Assembly: GCA_951406725.2 (NCBI GenBank)
Contig: OX597831.1
Location: forward strand, 22,692,001-22,756,000
Direction of reading: 5' to 3'
DNA: 64,000 nt
Origin: Octopus vulgaris
Taxonomy: Eukaryota
A model generated the notes under the pieces. It made no database searches. It saw nothing but the letters and a program-made list of their open reading frames with translations, and was not told where the DNA came from. A program made the position numbers and the translations under genes. The stretch's first letter is position 1. Every line of letters begins with the position of its first letter. Positions 12,767-26,395 of this stretch are shown here, piece by piece.

Positions 12767-13369
12767 ATTTCTTTACTACCCACAAGGGGCTAAACAGAGA
12801 GGGGACAAACAAGGGCAGACAATGGGATTAAGTCGATTAAATCGACCTTAGTGCGTAACTGGTACTTATTTAATCGACCCCGAAAGGATGAAAGGCAAAG
12901 TCGACCTCGGCGGAAATTGAACTTAGAACGTAGCGGCAGACAAAATACCTATTTCTTTATTACCCACAAGGGGCTAAACACAGAGAGGACAAACAAGGAC
13001 AGACAAAGGGATTAAGTCGATTACATCGACCCCAGTGCGTAACTGGTACTTAATTTATCGACCCCGAAAGGATGAAAGGCGAAGCCGACCTCGGCGGAAT
13101 TTGAACTCACAACGTAACGCAGACGAAATACCTATTTCTATTTCTTTATTACCCACAAGGGGCTAAACATAGAGGGGACAAACATGGACAGACATAGGTA
13201 TTAAGTCGATTACATCTACCCCAGTGCGTAACTGGTACTTAATTTATCGACCCCGAAAGGATGAAAGGCAAAGCCGACCTCGGCGGAATTTGAACTCAGA
13301 ACGTAGCGGCAGACAAAATACCGGTAAGCATTTTGCCCGAGGTGCTAACGATTCTGCCAGCTCGCCGCC
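12767..13369 (-). mobile_element. Family A SINE head-to-tail trimer with one 15-bp TSD
   Basis: Three ~180-230 bp units. TSD TTTGTTGTTATACCT lies at 12752-12766 and 13370-13384. Confidence 0.9.
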
Positions 13370-14624
13370 TTTGTTGTTATACCTGTAGTAGCCGCTGCTT
13401 TTGTAATTGTTATTGTTGTCATTGTTTTTGTTCTTGTCGTTGTCGCTGTTGCTGTTGTTGTTGTTGGATGCTGCTGCTATTATCATCATTATTATTGTTG
13501 TTGTTGTTATTCTTCTCGTCGTCATCGTCGTCATCGTCCTTCTTGTTGTCGATGCTGTTGTAAAAATCTTTCCTGATCAATCGTAACGCGAATGTCGTGT
13601 TTGGTGATAACATTATTATTTTTTTTTTCTTCCCCAGTTCCATAAAGATGTTTTTAAGCTGTTAAATGTTGTATTGTGGAGGTTTAAATAGATCGTGCTG
13701 TGTTTACAAGATTTGCTTTCGTGAGTAAATTGCTGTCTTTTTTTCTTCTTGTTCTTTTATTCATTATATTTTTGTTTGTTTTTTGTAAAATATATTCTGT
13801 ACGTAACTGTGACGTTGAATAGGAAGATAATAACAGTACATCGTCTGTTTATCATCGTCATTTTTGGCTGCCATTAATATTATTACTATAATTTCTACTA
13901 TATCGTGTATTTATCTGGAGGTTTTGTCAACACATAAATTTAAAAGTAGTTTTGAAAACAACTCACTATTTTTAGTATCGCTGCTTAATAGTCGCTTTCA
14001 CATAAGGTTCATATAATTCTGGGACCCTAACCGACATCGATCGATTAGTGTTTAAGTTATAGCCTCTCATTTTTTTTTTGTTGTCATACATAATTTTCCA
14101 GACGTCCTTATCTAGTTTTATCGTCCATTTTTAAGATCATAGAGTGTGGTTTGAGAGAGGTTTTGTTGCTATTTCTAGCGGATCGAGGGAGGATCCTTTA
14201 TTGGATCCCAGTAGCAATGGAAGTAATACTACTACTAAAATATATGAGAAAAGGTCTACCGCTGTGATTAATTGGGTAAAACAAGCCAAAGGCGAACAAA
14301 CCAATGCAAATTTAATTCTGCATCGCAACTCTTATCGGATCTTTTAACAAAGATCTTTTCCCCTTAAGCCATACTGTTTGCATCAAAGTACACAGCCATA
14401 AGATTAGATGGGTTCGAAAGTATAGCATACTCTAACGCGTTCCGTTTTGTTTCTTCCCTATTACGTATGCTGGTTAGACAAAAAATAACATGGGAAATCG
14501 TTCGATATTTCAATGGGTAAGAACGATTGTGCAGAGTTATGTGAATACGTAGAGCCATTTCTGCTTAATGAACTTGAGTTAAGCAAGAGGGCTATATAGT
14601 GGGATTTAATGACGAATAGCTTAT

Positions 14625-14847
14625 AATAATAAAACATTGTGTACAGTGCTCAGGTGCACTACAACTCATCTAAAGTGTATGTATAATCAGGTGTAGTTTC
14701 GGCGGATTTCGGAAAGCATGAGGGCCTTAAAGGATGCAGTGTCATGGCAGTCAACAACTGACGCAGGCAGTTTGTTCCATGCTTCAGCAACTCTGAGCGT
14801 GAAAAAATGTTTCCGAAAGTCATGGGAGCTGTGCTGTTTTCTGACTT
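14625..14847 (-). mobile_element. CR1-clade LINE 3' end
   Basis: Minus translation VRKQHSSHDFRKHFFTLRVAEAWNKLPASVVDCHDTASFK...NYT* contains the FFxxRVxxxWNxLP motif and is followed by a short 3' UTR. Confidence 0.85.
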
Positions 14848-15782
14848 ATAGAGATAAAAAATAAATTAGTTAGCAAGGGGCTTGGAAGAAGAGGCCGGTG
14901 ATGGGTTAGTAGAGTTGTAATAGTGTCGGATAGAATGTTTTGAGTTAATTGATTCGGTACCGCGCATTCTTAGTTTAAATCCTATAGAAGTCAACCTGTT
15001 TGTCATTCTTTCGGAGTCGGTAGAGTACTAGTCAAGTACTGGAGGTATTATCTCACACTCCGAATCTCTCAGAATTGCCACACACGAGAAAACATCTCTA
15101 AAGAAAACATCTTACAATTTTTAAAAGAAAATTCCAGAAGAAATACACAGTAGTGGCCTTGGAAGTCGTCATCGGTCGTTCGTTGATCTGAAAGCGCAAA
15201 GAAGAAAAAAATACTGATGTTTCGTCTAAAAAAACCTACCATAAAAATGAATAAGATCTACAAGAATTTTTTTTTCTTATGCAATAAAAACATTGAAAAA
15301 AAGTTTGATGTCTTACTATTTGTAAAATATAAGTTCGCCGTGTAAACTGGTAAAAAAACCTGATGTTTACATTGTAAAAATTCAGAAGCTTCTAGATATA
15401 TCTAGAAAAATATTCAAGGTAAGTTTTCAATAGGCTTGCCATTCAGAAAGTTCTGCGAGCCGCAGTTTGCTCAAGACTGATATAGACACTCGACCTGCTA
15501 GAAACAGCAATCAATCAAACAACATAGTCCCATGATGGACCTCGTTCAAGGTGAAGAGGTCGCCTCTTCTCGGTGAACTGAAAAAAAGGAAATTATTTTA
15601 AACTATGAAACTCAAACTAAAAAAGCTACATATAAAAGCATATTATATTTATATAATGGTTTGCACGAGAGTTTAGGACCATAGAAGATGTTGGTACAAG
15701 CTCCACGGGCAATTTTTGACTTTTTCCCATCCAACGGGTTTCAACTCAATATTTAACACCCTATAATTTATAATTTTTGCGA

Positions 15783-15980
15783 AGGCGGCAAATTTCCATA
15801 ACAGAATCTTAAGCATGCCAGGCAAAAAACAGCTGCCTTTCGTCTGTCTTAAGTTCAAAATCTGCCGAGGTTTGTTTTGCTTTTCGGGGTCGATAAAATA
15901 AATGTCAGTTGAATAATGGGGTCGACGTAATCGACTGTCCATACCCCTAAACTACTGGTATTGTGCAAAAATTTGAAATC
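15783..15980 (+). mobile_element. Family A SINE, old copy
   Basis: AAGTTCAAAATCTGCCGAGG..TTTCGGGGTCGATAAAATAA. Confidence 0.6.
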
Positions 15981-16654
15981 CTTATTAATAGCTTTTCTAC
16001 TTCGAGTTCTACCGATTAACATAGTTTACTTGAAAATAAAAATTTTCGGTTCAATTTCTCTCTAGTTTTTAAAAAATTAAGTGGAAATTATGAAACTCTA
16101 AGCATAGAATTCTACTTATAGCTAAGAAATTGAAAATTTGTATTTTTCTTGATGTAAATGTAACAAAACGAATTAGTAATTCGTTTTAGTAACAAAACCT
16201 CAAAGAGAAAAAAAATTATAACACACGTAATGTATTTGAAGAACCGAATCAAACAATAGTTCTTTTTTTTTTGGTACAGTGAATCTCGAAACACGTGAAG
16301 CTATTAAATGCTATTACTTATAATTTTAGACGTTTCAAGAAAAGCTCTTTCCAAAAAAAAAAAAACAAAAAAAAAACGAAGAATTATTTCACATTCTCTC
16401 GAGAGTTTATAAATTCCTACGATGTCAACAGCATACGATTTTCTTCTAGTAAGAGTAAACTTTCTGAAATGCTTACAGAGTTTCGGAGGATTTCTTTGGT
16501 CGAATAGTAAAATGCCTCCATGTGTATCTACAGGATATTTGAATTCGAGTTTCACAAGTAGCGTTCGACTTTTCTAGCCATAAAGGATTTATTCAATGCA
16601 GCATTTATATACGATTATTCAGAACTTTTGTGTTTCGAAATCCACTATTTTCAA

Positions 16655-16698
<44 letters not shown>

Positions 16699-17026
16699 CG
16701 CATTCTCCCAAGAGTCTGTAAATTTTTATGACGTAACTGAAATTGTTTTTTTTTTCTTTATAGAAAATATAGTTTTTCTGCTTAAATCACAGATTCTTCA
16801 GTAACTATTTAAAATTCCTTACGAAAAAGTTAAACAGTAAAAGAAAAATTATAAAGATGCTAGAGAGTAAAAATGGCGGATCTTCTGTATAAAAAATATG
16901 TTTATCGTGTTGAATTTTTTGTTAAAATCTTGTTCCGCAACAAATCCTGAGATAAGTTTGGGGTAAAGACACAACGAAATGTTTTTTCTTAAAAATCAAA
17001 CGATTAAAAATTCATGACTTTTTCTC

Positions 17027-17070
<44 letters not shown>

Positions 17071-17755
17071 GTGTGTGTGTGTGTGCATGTATGTGTATTT
17101 TACTGAACAATTCTAAATTTAGGTACAACTATATATATAAGTAAGGCTGTCTTTGTGTCTGTGTGTCTATCTATCTATCTATCTATATATATATATATAT
17201 ATACACACATATATATATGAATGTATGTATGTACGCACGCGCTCGCACACACAAATACACACACACACACACAAGCACGCACATACACACACATATTTCT
17301 GTAGCTAAATTTAAAATTGTTAGGTAAAACTAAAGCTATGTCAACTAAACTTAAAATAGCATATATAACCGTACAAGGTGAATTTTTATGGAACCAAAAG
17401 TTTGAAAATGCGAAGGATGTTTTGTGCGTAAAAAAAAAACAACCTTTAACTCTACCGGTTGCTGAGAAAAACTTAAATTTTATCTCCAAGTCTTAAAGTA
17501 CATTAAAGTTTGAAGAGAAAATTTTAAACGAAGGAAATTATTTGATTTATTGTTTAAATTTTTTTATGTACAACGAATGTAGCTTCTCATTAAAAATCTC
17601 AAATCCGTTGATAAAGATTTAGTTTTCTTCCAAATTTTGAAGAAATGACTGAGAATTTGCATTTTTTTGTTCGCGAAACAGGCACAGATGCCACACATAT
17701 ACGATCCCCTAAATTGCTCACTTACTATTAAAGCAGCAAATGTTCTCACATTTCT

Positions 17756-18362
17756 TATTTCTTATTTCTTTACTGCCCACAAGGGGTTACACACAGAGAC
17801 AGACAAACGGATTAAGTCGATTATATCGACCCCAGTGCGTAACTAGTACTTAATTAATCGACCCCCGAAAGGATGAAAAGCAAAGTCGACCTCGGCGGAA
17901 ATTGAACTCAGAACGTAACGGCAGACGAAATACCTATTTCCTTACTACCCACAAGGGGCTAAACACAGAGAGGATAAACAAGGACAGACAAACGGATTAA
18001 GTTGATTACATCGACCCCAGTGCGTAACTGTTACTTAATTTATCGACCCCGAAAGGATGAGAGGCAAAGTCGATCTCGGCGGAATTTGAACTCAGAACGT
18101 AACGGCAGACGAAATGCCACTAAGCATTTCGGCCGGCGTGCTAACTTTTCTTATTTCTTTATTGCCCACAAGGGGCTAAACATAGAGAGGACAAACAAGT
18201 ACAGACAAACGGTTTAAGTTGATTATATCAACCCCAGTGCGTAACTGCTACTTAATTTATCGACCCTGGAAGGATGAAAGGCAAAGTCGACCTCGGCGTA
18301 ATTTGAACTCAGAATGCAGCGGCAGACGAAATACCACTAAGCATTTCTCCCAGCTCGCCGCC
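17756..18362 (-). mobile_element. Family A SINE trimer with one 13-bp TSD
   Basis: Three tandem units. TSD TTCTCACATTTCT lies at 17743-17755 and 18363-18375. Confidence 0.9.
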
Positions 18363-18506
18363 TTCTCACATTTCTCACATTTCTTGTTAGTCTGAGCTCA
18401 GTCATGCGAATGGATCCTGCAAGCACTTTTTTCTGGCTGTCTTTTTGTAATGTCATTTATTCTTTTCTGCTCTCTCTTCCCAGTTTCTTCTGTACTTTTT
18501 TTTTAA

Positions 18507-18541
18507 CTATCTGAAGAATGATTATATCCGAAACGTAATAC
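18507..18541 (+). ncRNA. Minimal hammerhead motif in a Penelope-like remnant (~18470-18620)
   Basis: tat-CTGAAGA-atgattatatcc-GAAA-cg-TA-ata. The flanks resemble the minus-strand repeat at 28660-28805. Confidence 0.5.
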
Positions 18542-19583
18542 TCTTTACTTTTTCCAGTTTTCATTGAGCATCAAACTTAAAACATTACTACCGAACATAT
18601 CTTGCACGTGTATTGTTTTTCTTTTTTACAGCTGGCAGTTAAATTGAAATGAAATTGGTCATAATGACGTTTCGTAACCCAGACATACCATAACCAAAGA
18701 TACGAAAGAACATTTTACAGATATAAATCATTGGTAAAAAAAAACAAAAAACAGAAAAGAATTGCAAGATTCCTTCGCACAAGAAACAATTTGTTGGTAA
18801 CTAAATTTGCATTTGTTTGGGTCATACTAGAGTTTAGCTAATAAAAAATAATTGAAAAAAATTATTTTTTGTTATGCTTTAACGCAACAAAATCATTAAA
18901 ATATGTTATGGATTTCTGTCATTGTTCGTGTAAAAATTACAGTTTTGTCTTGTTTTTCGTTATCAATTGTTTAATAATATTAGAATGTTGTCTACAAAAA
19001 AAAATCTAAACGAAATTATATGGCGACCATTTTTCCATGGCGCACCGAAGATGAAATATTATAAAATTTTATTATGTATTTTTTTTTTTATAAATTCATG
19101 TGACTAAATTAATATTTATTGTCTTTCCCTTAATTAAGTTTTGCCTGCAAAACCTGGGTAGAACTAGAGAAAAAAAAAGACAGAAAATATTTCTATAAAT
19201 ATTTTCTTTTTTTTTTTTTTTTGCACAAACGAAATGATTAAAAATTGTGTTTTTTCCCCTATAAATATATTTAAAAATTTCTCATCATATGAAAAATAGT
19301 TTTGCTGTTTTTTTTAGCCATGGTAGATTTTAAAACATTTGTTGTGGAATATTTCAGTTTTGCCTGCAAAACATTTACGAAAAATACAAAATAAATAAAG
19401 GAAGGAAGAATTTATGATATTCTCTGATACTTAATATTGTTCTTGCTGTTGTTGCTGTGTTTCTGAAGAAGAAGTTTATTTTTATTTCATTTTAATTTAT
19501 TTTATTTTATTTTATTTTTCTTTATTTTTTTGGAAGAAAATGATTATTTGATAATATTTGACTTTTGGCAACAAAGCCATAGA

Positions 19584-19879
<296 letters not shown>

Positions 19880-20043
19880 TGCAAAGTGACATTCTTGATG
19901 CAACATAAATGAGTGAAAATTTTGTATTTCTGAAAGAAAAAATATCTTTTTTTTACAAAGTTAAAATTCTATTTCTATGATGCAGAATGAATAACTATCT
20001 ATCTGTCAGTCTATCTCTCTCTCTCTCCCTCCTTCTCTCTCTT

Positions 20044-20074
<31 letters not shown>

Positions 20075-20091
20075 ATATATATATATATATG

Positions 20092-20134
<43 letters not shown>

Positions 20135-21023
20135 ATATATATATATATATATATACGTACTTAAATGAATAATTATTGTGTATTTTCTAAGGTCAGTGTA
20201 TTTCGTGTATAGTTAAATAAATATTTGTGAAATAATTGTAATAGAAAAAAAATATACGTTGTGGTTAGTTCAATTAATAATTCATCTAATGTATCTATAA
20301 TGAAAAATAACTTTTGACTAAGTTCAATTAATGTTTATTATGTAGCTTTAATGTAAATGAATATGTCTCGTGTGGTGTGAACTTAACATGCGTGGCTTAG
20401 TGATTAGAAATGCTGGTCTAAGATACATATGTTAAGGTCATGGGTTCGATTCCTGCGTGAAGTGATGCATCACGACCTTGAGCATGGCACATCATTTCAC
20501 ATTGCTCCAGAGTGGTCAGCTGTTAAATGAGTACAATCCAACTGCTGAGGCAGCTCTTCCTGCCTCCCCCTTGATGTTTTCCCTAAATCTAATATGCTTT
20601 TCTACTCTAGACACAAGGCCCGAAATTTTGGTGGAAGGGGGCCAGTCGATTGGATCGACCCCAGGACGCAACTGGTACTTAATCTATCGTAAGAGATCGT
20701 GAACATCTAGTAGGTCCTCTTCCTTAAAAAAAGTCACGGCTTCCTTGAATTTTGAAAGGGGACATGAGAGGGCTCAGAGTAGTCATGTTTTCTCTGCATG
20801 CTCGCTCTTGGCGGCTCTGTTCCTAGTCCTTAATTTATTCCCATCTCCTCTCACTAGGGGCCATTTAAGCATCATTTCAGGACTGAATGCATCAAGACGT
20901 TTGCGTCCAGTTGTATTTAACGTTCATATGTTCTAACTTAGGTGAGGGCTGAGGCTACTGGGGTGGATTTTAGTTGGGATCCTGATATGGGTAGACTTGA
21001 AATACATTCAATAGTTGAGTATA

Positions 21024-21292
21024 CAGGGTTGACCAAAAGTCACTTGACAGTAAATAAAAGAAAACCCATTTAATTCTCAAAATATATTTATGTTTAACAA
21101 CTGAATGAATTTAATATAAGCATCTAGATATGAGACATCATGAATATTGTTCAAACTGAAGTTCTTGTAAGCATTCATAATTGAAATGAATAAATATAAT
21201 TGAATATTCATTGAAATGAATAAAAAAAATTGAACATTAAGTATTTATAGAATTTTGATTTACCGTCGGGTGACCTTTGGCGGCCAACTCTG
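21024..21292. mobile_element. Tc1/mariner-type MITE
   Basis: ~31-bp imperfect TIRs (CAGGGTTGACCAAAAGTCACTTGACAGTAAA versus reverse complement CAGAGTTGGCCGCCAAAGGTCACCCGACGGTAAA), TA on both sides and an AT-rich interior. Confidence 0.8.
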
Positions 21293-21314
21293 TATATCTA
21301 GCATCGCATTGTTG

Positions 21315-21380
21315 CAATCTCTTTAGTGACACGTATCTCTACTTCCATGGAGGTAGAGAGATGTGTCGCTGAAGAGATTG
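21315..21380 (+). other. 66-nt near-perfect hairpin
   Basis: CAATCTCTTTAGTGACACGTATCTCTACTTCCA pairs with TGGAGGTAGAGAGATGTGTCGCTGAAGAGATTG. Confidence 0.85.
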
Positions 21381-22108
21381 ACAAAAAAAAGAGAGAAATG
21401 ACAGCACTAATATGATGAATTCTACTCCAGTATGTCACTGGTACTCTGTTTTAGTAAGTAAGTGTGCCTGTAAATGAATGGTTAATCAGCCTGCTAGAAA
21501 TAACACCTAAATCTCCCTCCTATTATACTGTGTCTTTAAAACAAAAGAAAGGACATATTCAATAATAATACAGTGTGATGTAAACTGCCTAAAAAAGATG
21601 GCACGATCAGAGTTGGAACGGTCTTCGATGACGGGCATGTCTACGGAACATTCGGGGGTTGGCCTAGGGCTAAACGACATCAACAATAAAAGCAATAACA
21701 TCTAATATATTATCGAACCCACTATACATACACTCACACACACAAAAACACACGCACTCACAAGTAACACACACAAAAACACACGCACTCACAAGTAACA
21801 CACACATACGCCAACACAGACACATACACCAACACACACACTCACGCATACATACACTTACTCATATACATGCATACACAAATAGGTCGTGGTGCCACAG
21901 TTTTCCAATTTCCGGAAACGCATCTCAAAGAGCCGCAGGTAAGCTGAGTTGCGGTTGAAAACCATTTCGTCTGCCATGGCCAACATTTTCGAGAATCTGA
22001 CCGTTTGAGGCGGGCTGCACTATGAAAACAAAATTTCAAAGGAATTTCTCTTCACGGTGTGCCATTCAGAAAGTGCCGCAGGCTTCAATTTGTTTATGAC
22101 TGGTACAA

Positions 22109-22451
22109 ACCCCAGTGCGTAATTGGTACTTAATTTAACGATCCCGAAGGGATGAAAGGCAAAGTCGACCTCGGCGGAATTTGAGCTCAGAACGTAACGG
22201 CAGACGACATACCTATTTCTATTTCTTTATTACCCACAAGGGGCTAAACAAAGAGGGGACAAACAAGGACAGGCATGAGCATTAAGTCGATTACATCGAC
22301 CACCAGTGCGTAACTGGTACTTAATTTAACGACCCCGAAGGGATGAAAGGCAAAGTCGACCTCGGTGGAATTTGAATTTAGAACGTAGCGGCAGACGAAA
22401 TACTGATGAGCATTTCGCCCGGCGTGCTAACGTTTCTGCCAGCTCGCCGCC
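22109..22451 (-). mobile_element. Family A SINE dimer
   Basis: One full unit plus a partial second unit, joined on the minus strand at GAAATAGAAATAGGTAT. Confidence 0.85.
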
Positions 22452-22669
22452 TTAGTCTAACTAACTTTCTGTCTGTTTGTCCGTCTGACTGACACTCTCT
22501 CCATTTTTCTGACTGCCTCTATGTCTGCCTGTTTGTCTGACGGCTTCTGTTTGTCTGGCTGTCGATTAAGCTGTTTGTCTGAATGCCTATCTGTCCGTCT
22601 TTCTGTCTCTCCATCTGTCTGACGCTCTGGTTGTTTTTTTTTCTCTGATTTCCTGTCTGCCCGACAGCC

Positions 22670-23165
22670 TGACTGCCTCTCTGTCTGCCTATTTCTCTAT
22701 CTGTCTTCTTGACTGTATATATATATATATATATATATATATGTCTGCCTGCCTCTACATATGGCTTACCTGCCTCTGTCTATCTACCTATATGACTGAC
22801 TGTCTGATAGTCTGACAGCTTGACTATCGACCTATCTGCTTCTCTATCTATATGTTTGTCTTGCTACCTACCTGTCTGTCTATGTTAGTCCGTCTCTTTT
22901 TGTATTTCTGTCTGCCTGTCGGTCAGTGACTCACTGACTGCCTCTCTGTCTGCCTATTTCTCTGTCTGTATTCTTGACTGTATACATGTCTGCCTGCCTC
23001 TACATATGACTACTTGCTTCTGCCTATCTGCCTCTCTGCCTATCAGCCTATCTGCTTCTCTGTCTATATGTTCGCCTTGCTTCCTACCTTGTCTATGTTT
23101 GTCCGTCTCTTTTTTGTATTTCTGTCTGCCTGTCGGTCAGTGTCTCACTGACTGCCTTTCTGTCT
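22670..23165. repeat. Tandem duplication (~230-265 bp) of decayed (CTGT)n-like sequence
   Basis: CTGACTGCCTCTCTGTCTGCCTATTTCTCT recurs at ~22670 and ~22935. GTCCGTCTCTTTTTGTATTTCTGTCTGCCTGTCGGTCAGTG also occurs twice. Confidence 0.75.
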
Positions 23166-24005
23166 GTTTATCTGCTTGACTCTCTGACTGACAGCCTTAT
23201 TGTCTGTCTGTCTGTCTCTTGGTCTGTGTCTGTTAATCTATCTTATCTCTCGTGTCTATTAAATTTTGTGCACTATCACACTTCACTTTAAGTATCGAGC
23301 TGACAGCGTTTCGCCGGTACTGTCAATATGAGTGTGTGTATGCGTATGCGCCTGCATGTATGTGTGTGTGTATGCGTGCCTATGCGTGTCTGTACTTTTC
23401 TCTCTCTTTCCCTCTTCTATCTCTCCCTCTATTTTTCTCTTTCTATCTCTCTTATTTTCACTTATCTTCTTGTCCCCGTCTCCCCTCCCATCCTTCCCAT
23501 CTTATTCAACATTTAAGTAATAATGTATCTGTCTGCCTCGAAGGCTTTCATACACTTATTTCTACCACCTTCCTTCGGCACACACACACACACAGGCACG
23601 CACACGCACACACACACACACACACACCTTACACACACACCTTACACACACGAGTACACATTAATATACATGTGTGTGGATATATATACATATGTACGTA
23701 TATCTAAATACATATAAATATTCATTTTTATCCATATATATATAACCATATATACGTATATATATATGAATATATAAATATATATAATTACATATATATG
23801 TGTGTGTATGTGCGCGCAAACGCGTACACATATATGAACGCACATACGAACACGTTATATATATATATATGTGTGTGGGGGTATACATATATTATGTATA
23901 CATGTGTATATATATATAATTATACATATATATTAAGTATATATTATATGTACATGTATATATGTATGTGCACAAAGTGTGTATAATTTTCTATATATAT
24001 ATTAA

Positions 24006-24064
<59 letters not shown>

Positions 24065-24324
24065 CACTTTATAGTATGGATGTGATCTTAGTTTAACGAT
24101 CATTATAAAGTAACAATATACTAGTGACTAATGTAATCTGTGTCACCGTTTTCTTCTTCTTCTTCTCTTCTTCTTCTTCTTCTTCTTCTTCTTCTTCTTC
24201 TTCCCCTCCTTCTTCTTCTGCTTCTTCCTTTTGCTGCCTAATATTCCATTTATTTAGACTTACTCTTCTCCTTTGCCTGCGTTTTTACGTAACTACTTCG
24301 TAGCACTATCTATACTTATAGTTA

Positions 24325-24350
24325 TCTATATATATAAAACTGAGAATGTG

Positions 24351-24385
<35 letters not shown>

Positions 24386-24580
24386 GTGAATCCCTAAAAC
24401 TTGAAAAATACACAACCAATTTCATACAAATTTTACACATGCCTTACTTAGGGTCCATGTAGTGTCATGGGCAAAAAAGTTTTAACTTCTTGCCAAGGGT
24501 GAGTCCACAGCAATATCACATCTTCTCCACTATTTTAGTATTACCTGTTAAAAGTGAAACAAAAGCATCTCTCTATTGTA
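24325..24580 (+). mobile_element. Non-autonomous Helitron 5' part
   Basis: A|TCTATATATATAAAACTG start followed by (CTGT)n. The start is the same as in the element at 56825-57341. No 3' end is seen. Confidence 0.7.
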
Positions 24581-24630
24581 TGTATATGGATATATATATA
24601 CATTCCTGTATACATATGGATGTATATATG

Positions 24631-24665
<35 letters not shown>

Positions 24666-24930
24666 TATTTATGTATACATGTATATATATATATAGATGT
24701 ATATGTATAGCTGTATATGTAAACATGTGTCTAGATGTATATATAGATGTACATGTAATATGTACACATATATATACACATATATACAACATGCATATAT
24801 ATATATACATGCTCGATTCCAAGCAGTGACATCATCAACAGCAACAACAACAACAACAATAATAATAATAATAACAACAACAGCGAAAAATACCTTACGA
24901 ATGAGAAACCATATTCGAAATTTCCCCCAA

Positions 24931-24976
24931 GACACCCGAAGAAGGCTGGAGGGTATATCAGCCGAAATGTTGTGTT
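24931..24976 (+). ncRNA. Minimal hammerhead motif in a Penelope-like remnant (~24880-25070)
   Basis: gacac-CCGAAGA-a-ggctg(loop)cagcc-GAAA-tg-TT-gtgtt. Stems I and II pair, and the core has a U-to-C change. Confidence 0.6.
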
Positions 24977-25309
24977 AACAACAAACAAGATGAGGACAAT
25001 TATCCCTTGAATGTAAATAATGTAAATAATCTAAATAATGCACATAATTCCTCATCTATTAAATACAGAACAGTGCACGTGTCGTCTGATATTGATTTCA
25101 AATCTTAGCAAAAGGCCTGCAATTTCGAGGAAGCAGGTAAGTTGATCACATCAACAACAGAATTTCACTAGTATTTATTTTATCGACACCAAAAGAAGCA
25201 AAGGTAAAGTCGACTTCAGAGGAATTTGAAATCACAACGTAAAGACGGACGAAATACCGCTCAGCATATTGACCGGCGTGCTAATGATTACTACCGCTAA
25301 GTTACTCAT

Positions 25310-26089
25310 TTACTCATTTACTTGTTTCAGTCATTTGACTGTGGCCATGCTGGAGCACAGCCCCCCCCAGTCGAGCAAATCGACCCCAGGACTTATTCTT
25401 TGTAAGCTTAGTACTTATTCTATCGGTCTCTTTTGCCGAACCGCTAACTTACGGAGACGTAAACACACCAGCATCGGTTGTCAAGCGTTGTTGGCGGGGG
25501 GGGGGGGGGGCAAACACAACACACAAACACACACACATATATATATATATGTACATATATATATATAAACACACCACCATCGGTTGTCAAGCAATGCTAG
25601 GGGAACAAACACAGACACACAAACATACATATATATATATATATACATATATACGACAGGCTTCTTTCAGTTTCCGTCTACCAAATCCACTCACAAGGCT
25701 TTGGTCGGCCCGAGGCTATAGTAGAAGACACTTGCCCAAGGTGCCACGAAGTGGGACTGAACCCAGAACCATGTGCTTCGTAAGCAAGCTACTTACCACA
25801 CAGCCACTCCTACGCCTATATGGACGCAAACACATCAAAACCGATTGTCAAGCGGGAATAGGGGACAAATACAGATACAAAAAAAAAAAAAACACACACA
25901 CACACACACATAGATATATACGTATATATACGACAGGTTTCTTTCAGTTTCCGTCTACTAAATCTATTCTAGGATTTAGTCGGCCTGAGGTTATAGTAGA
26001 AGACACTTGCCCAAAGTTCCACGCAGTGGGACTGAACCTGGTGACGTTTAGTCAGGAAGCAAGCTTACACAGCCACGCCTGCACCTGTA

Positions 26090-26127
<38 letters not shown>

Positions 26128-26395
26128 CGTGTGTGTGTGTGTGCGTGTGTGTGTGTGTGTGTATGTGTGTATGTGTGTGTGTGTGTGCGTGTGTGTGTGT
26201 GTTTGTACCTCCACCATCACTTGACAAGCAATCCCGGTGTGTTTATGTCCCCGTGACTTAGCGGTTTCGGCAAAAGGCACCGATAAAATAAGTACTCGGC
26301 TTATAAAGAATAAAGTCATGTGATCGATTTCTTTGACTAAGACCCGTTAAGGCGCTGCTCTAGCTTGGCCACAATCAAATGATAAAGAATAAAAG
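25310..26395 (-). mobile_element. Two stacked family B SINEs on minus (25310-25815, 25820-26075) plus a plus-strand 3' module (26205-26395)
   Basis: Repeated CTTTCAGTTTCCGTCTAC..GAAGACACTTGCCCAA modules. Confidence 0.85.

Noticed and set aside
16000-19540. AT-rich, mostly non-repetitive stretch with ATGGCG (YY1-like) motifs, possibly a UTR or promoter
   Set aside because: There is no linked exon or other support, and such short motifs are expected by chance.
25549-26256. Recurrent peptide [37 protein letters not shown]
   Set aside because: It is the antisense translation of the family B SINE, not a gene family.
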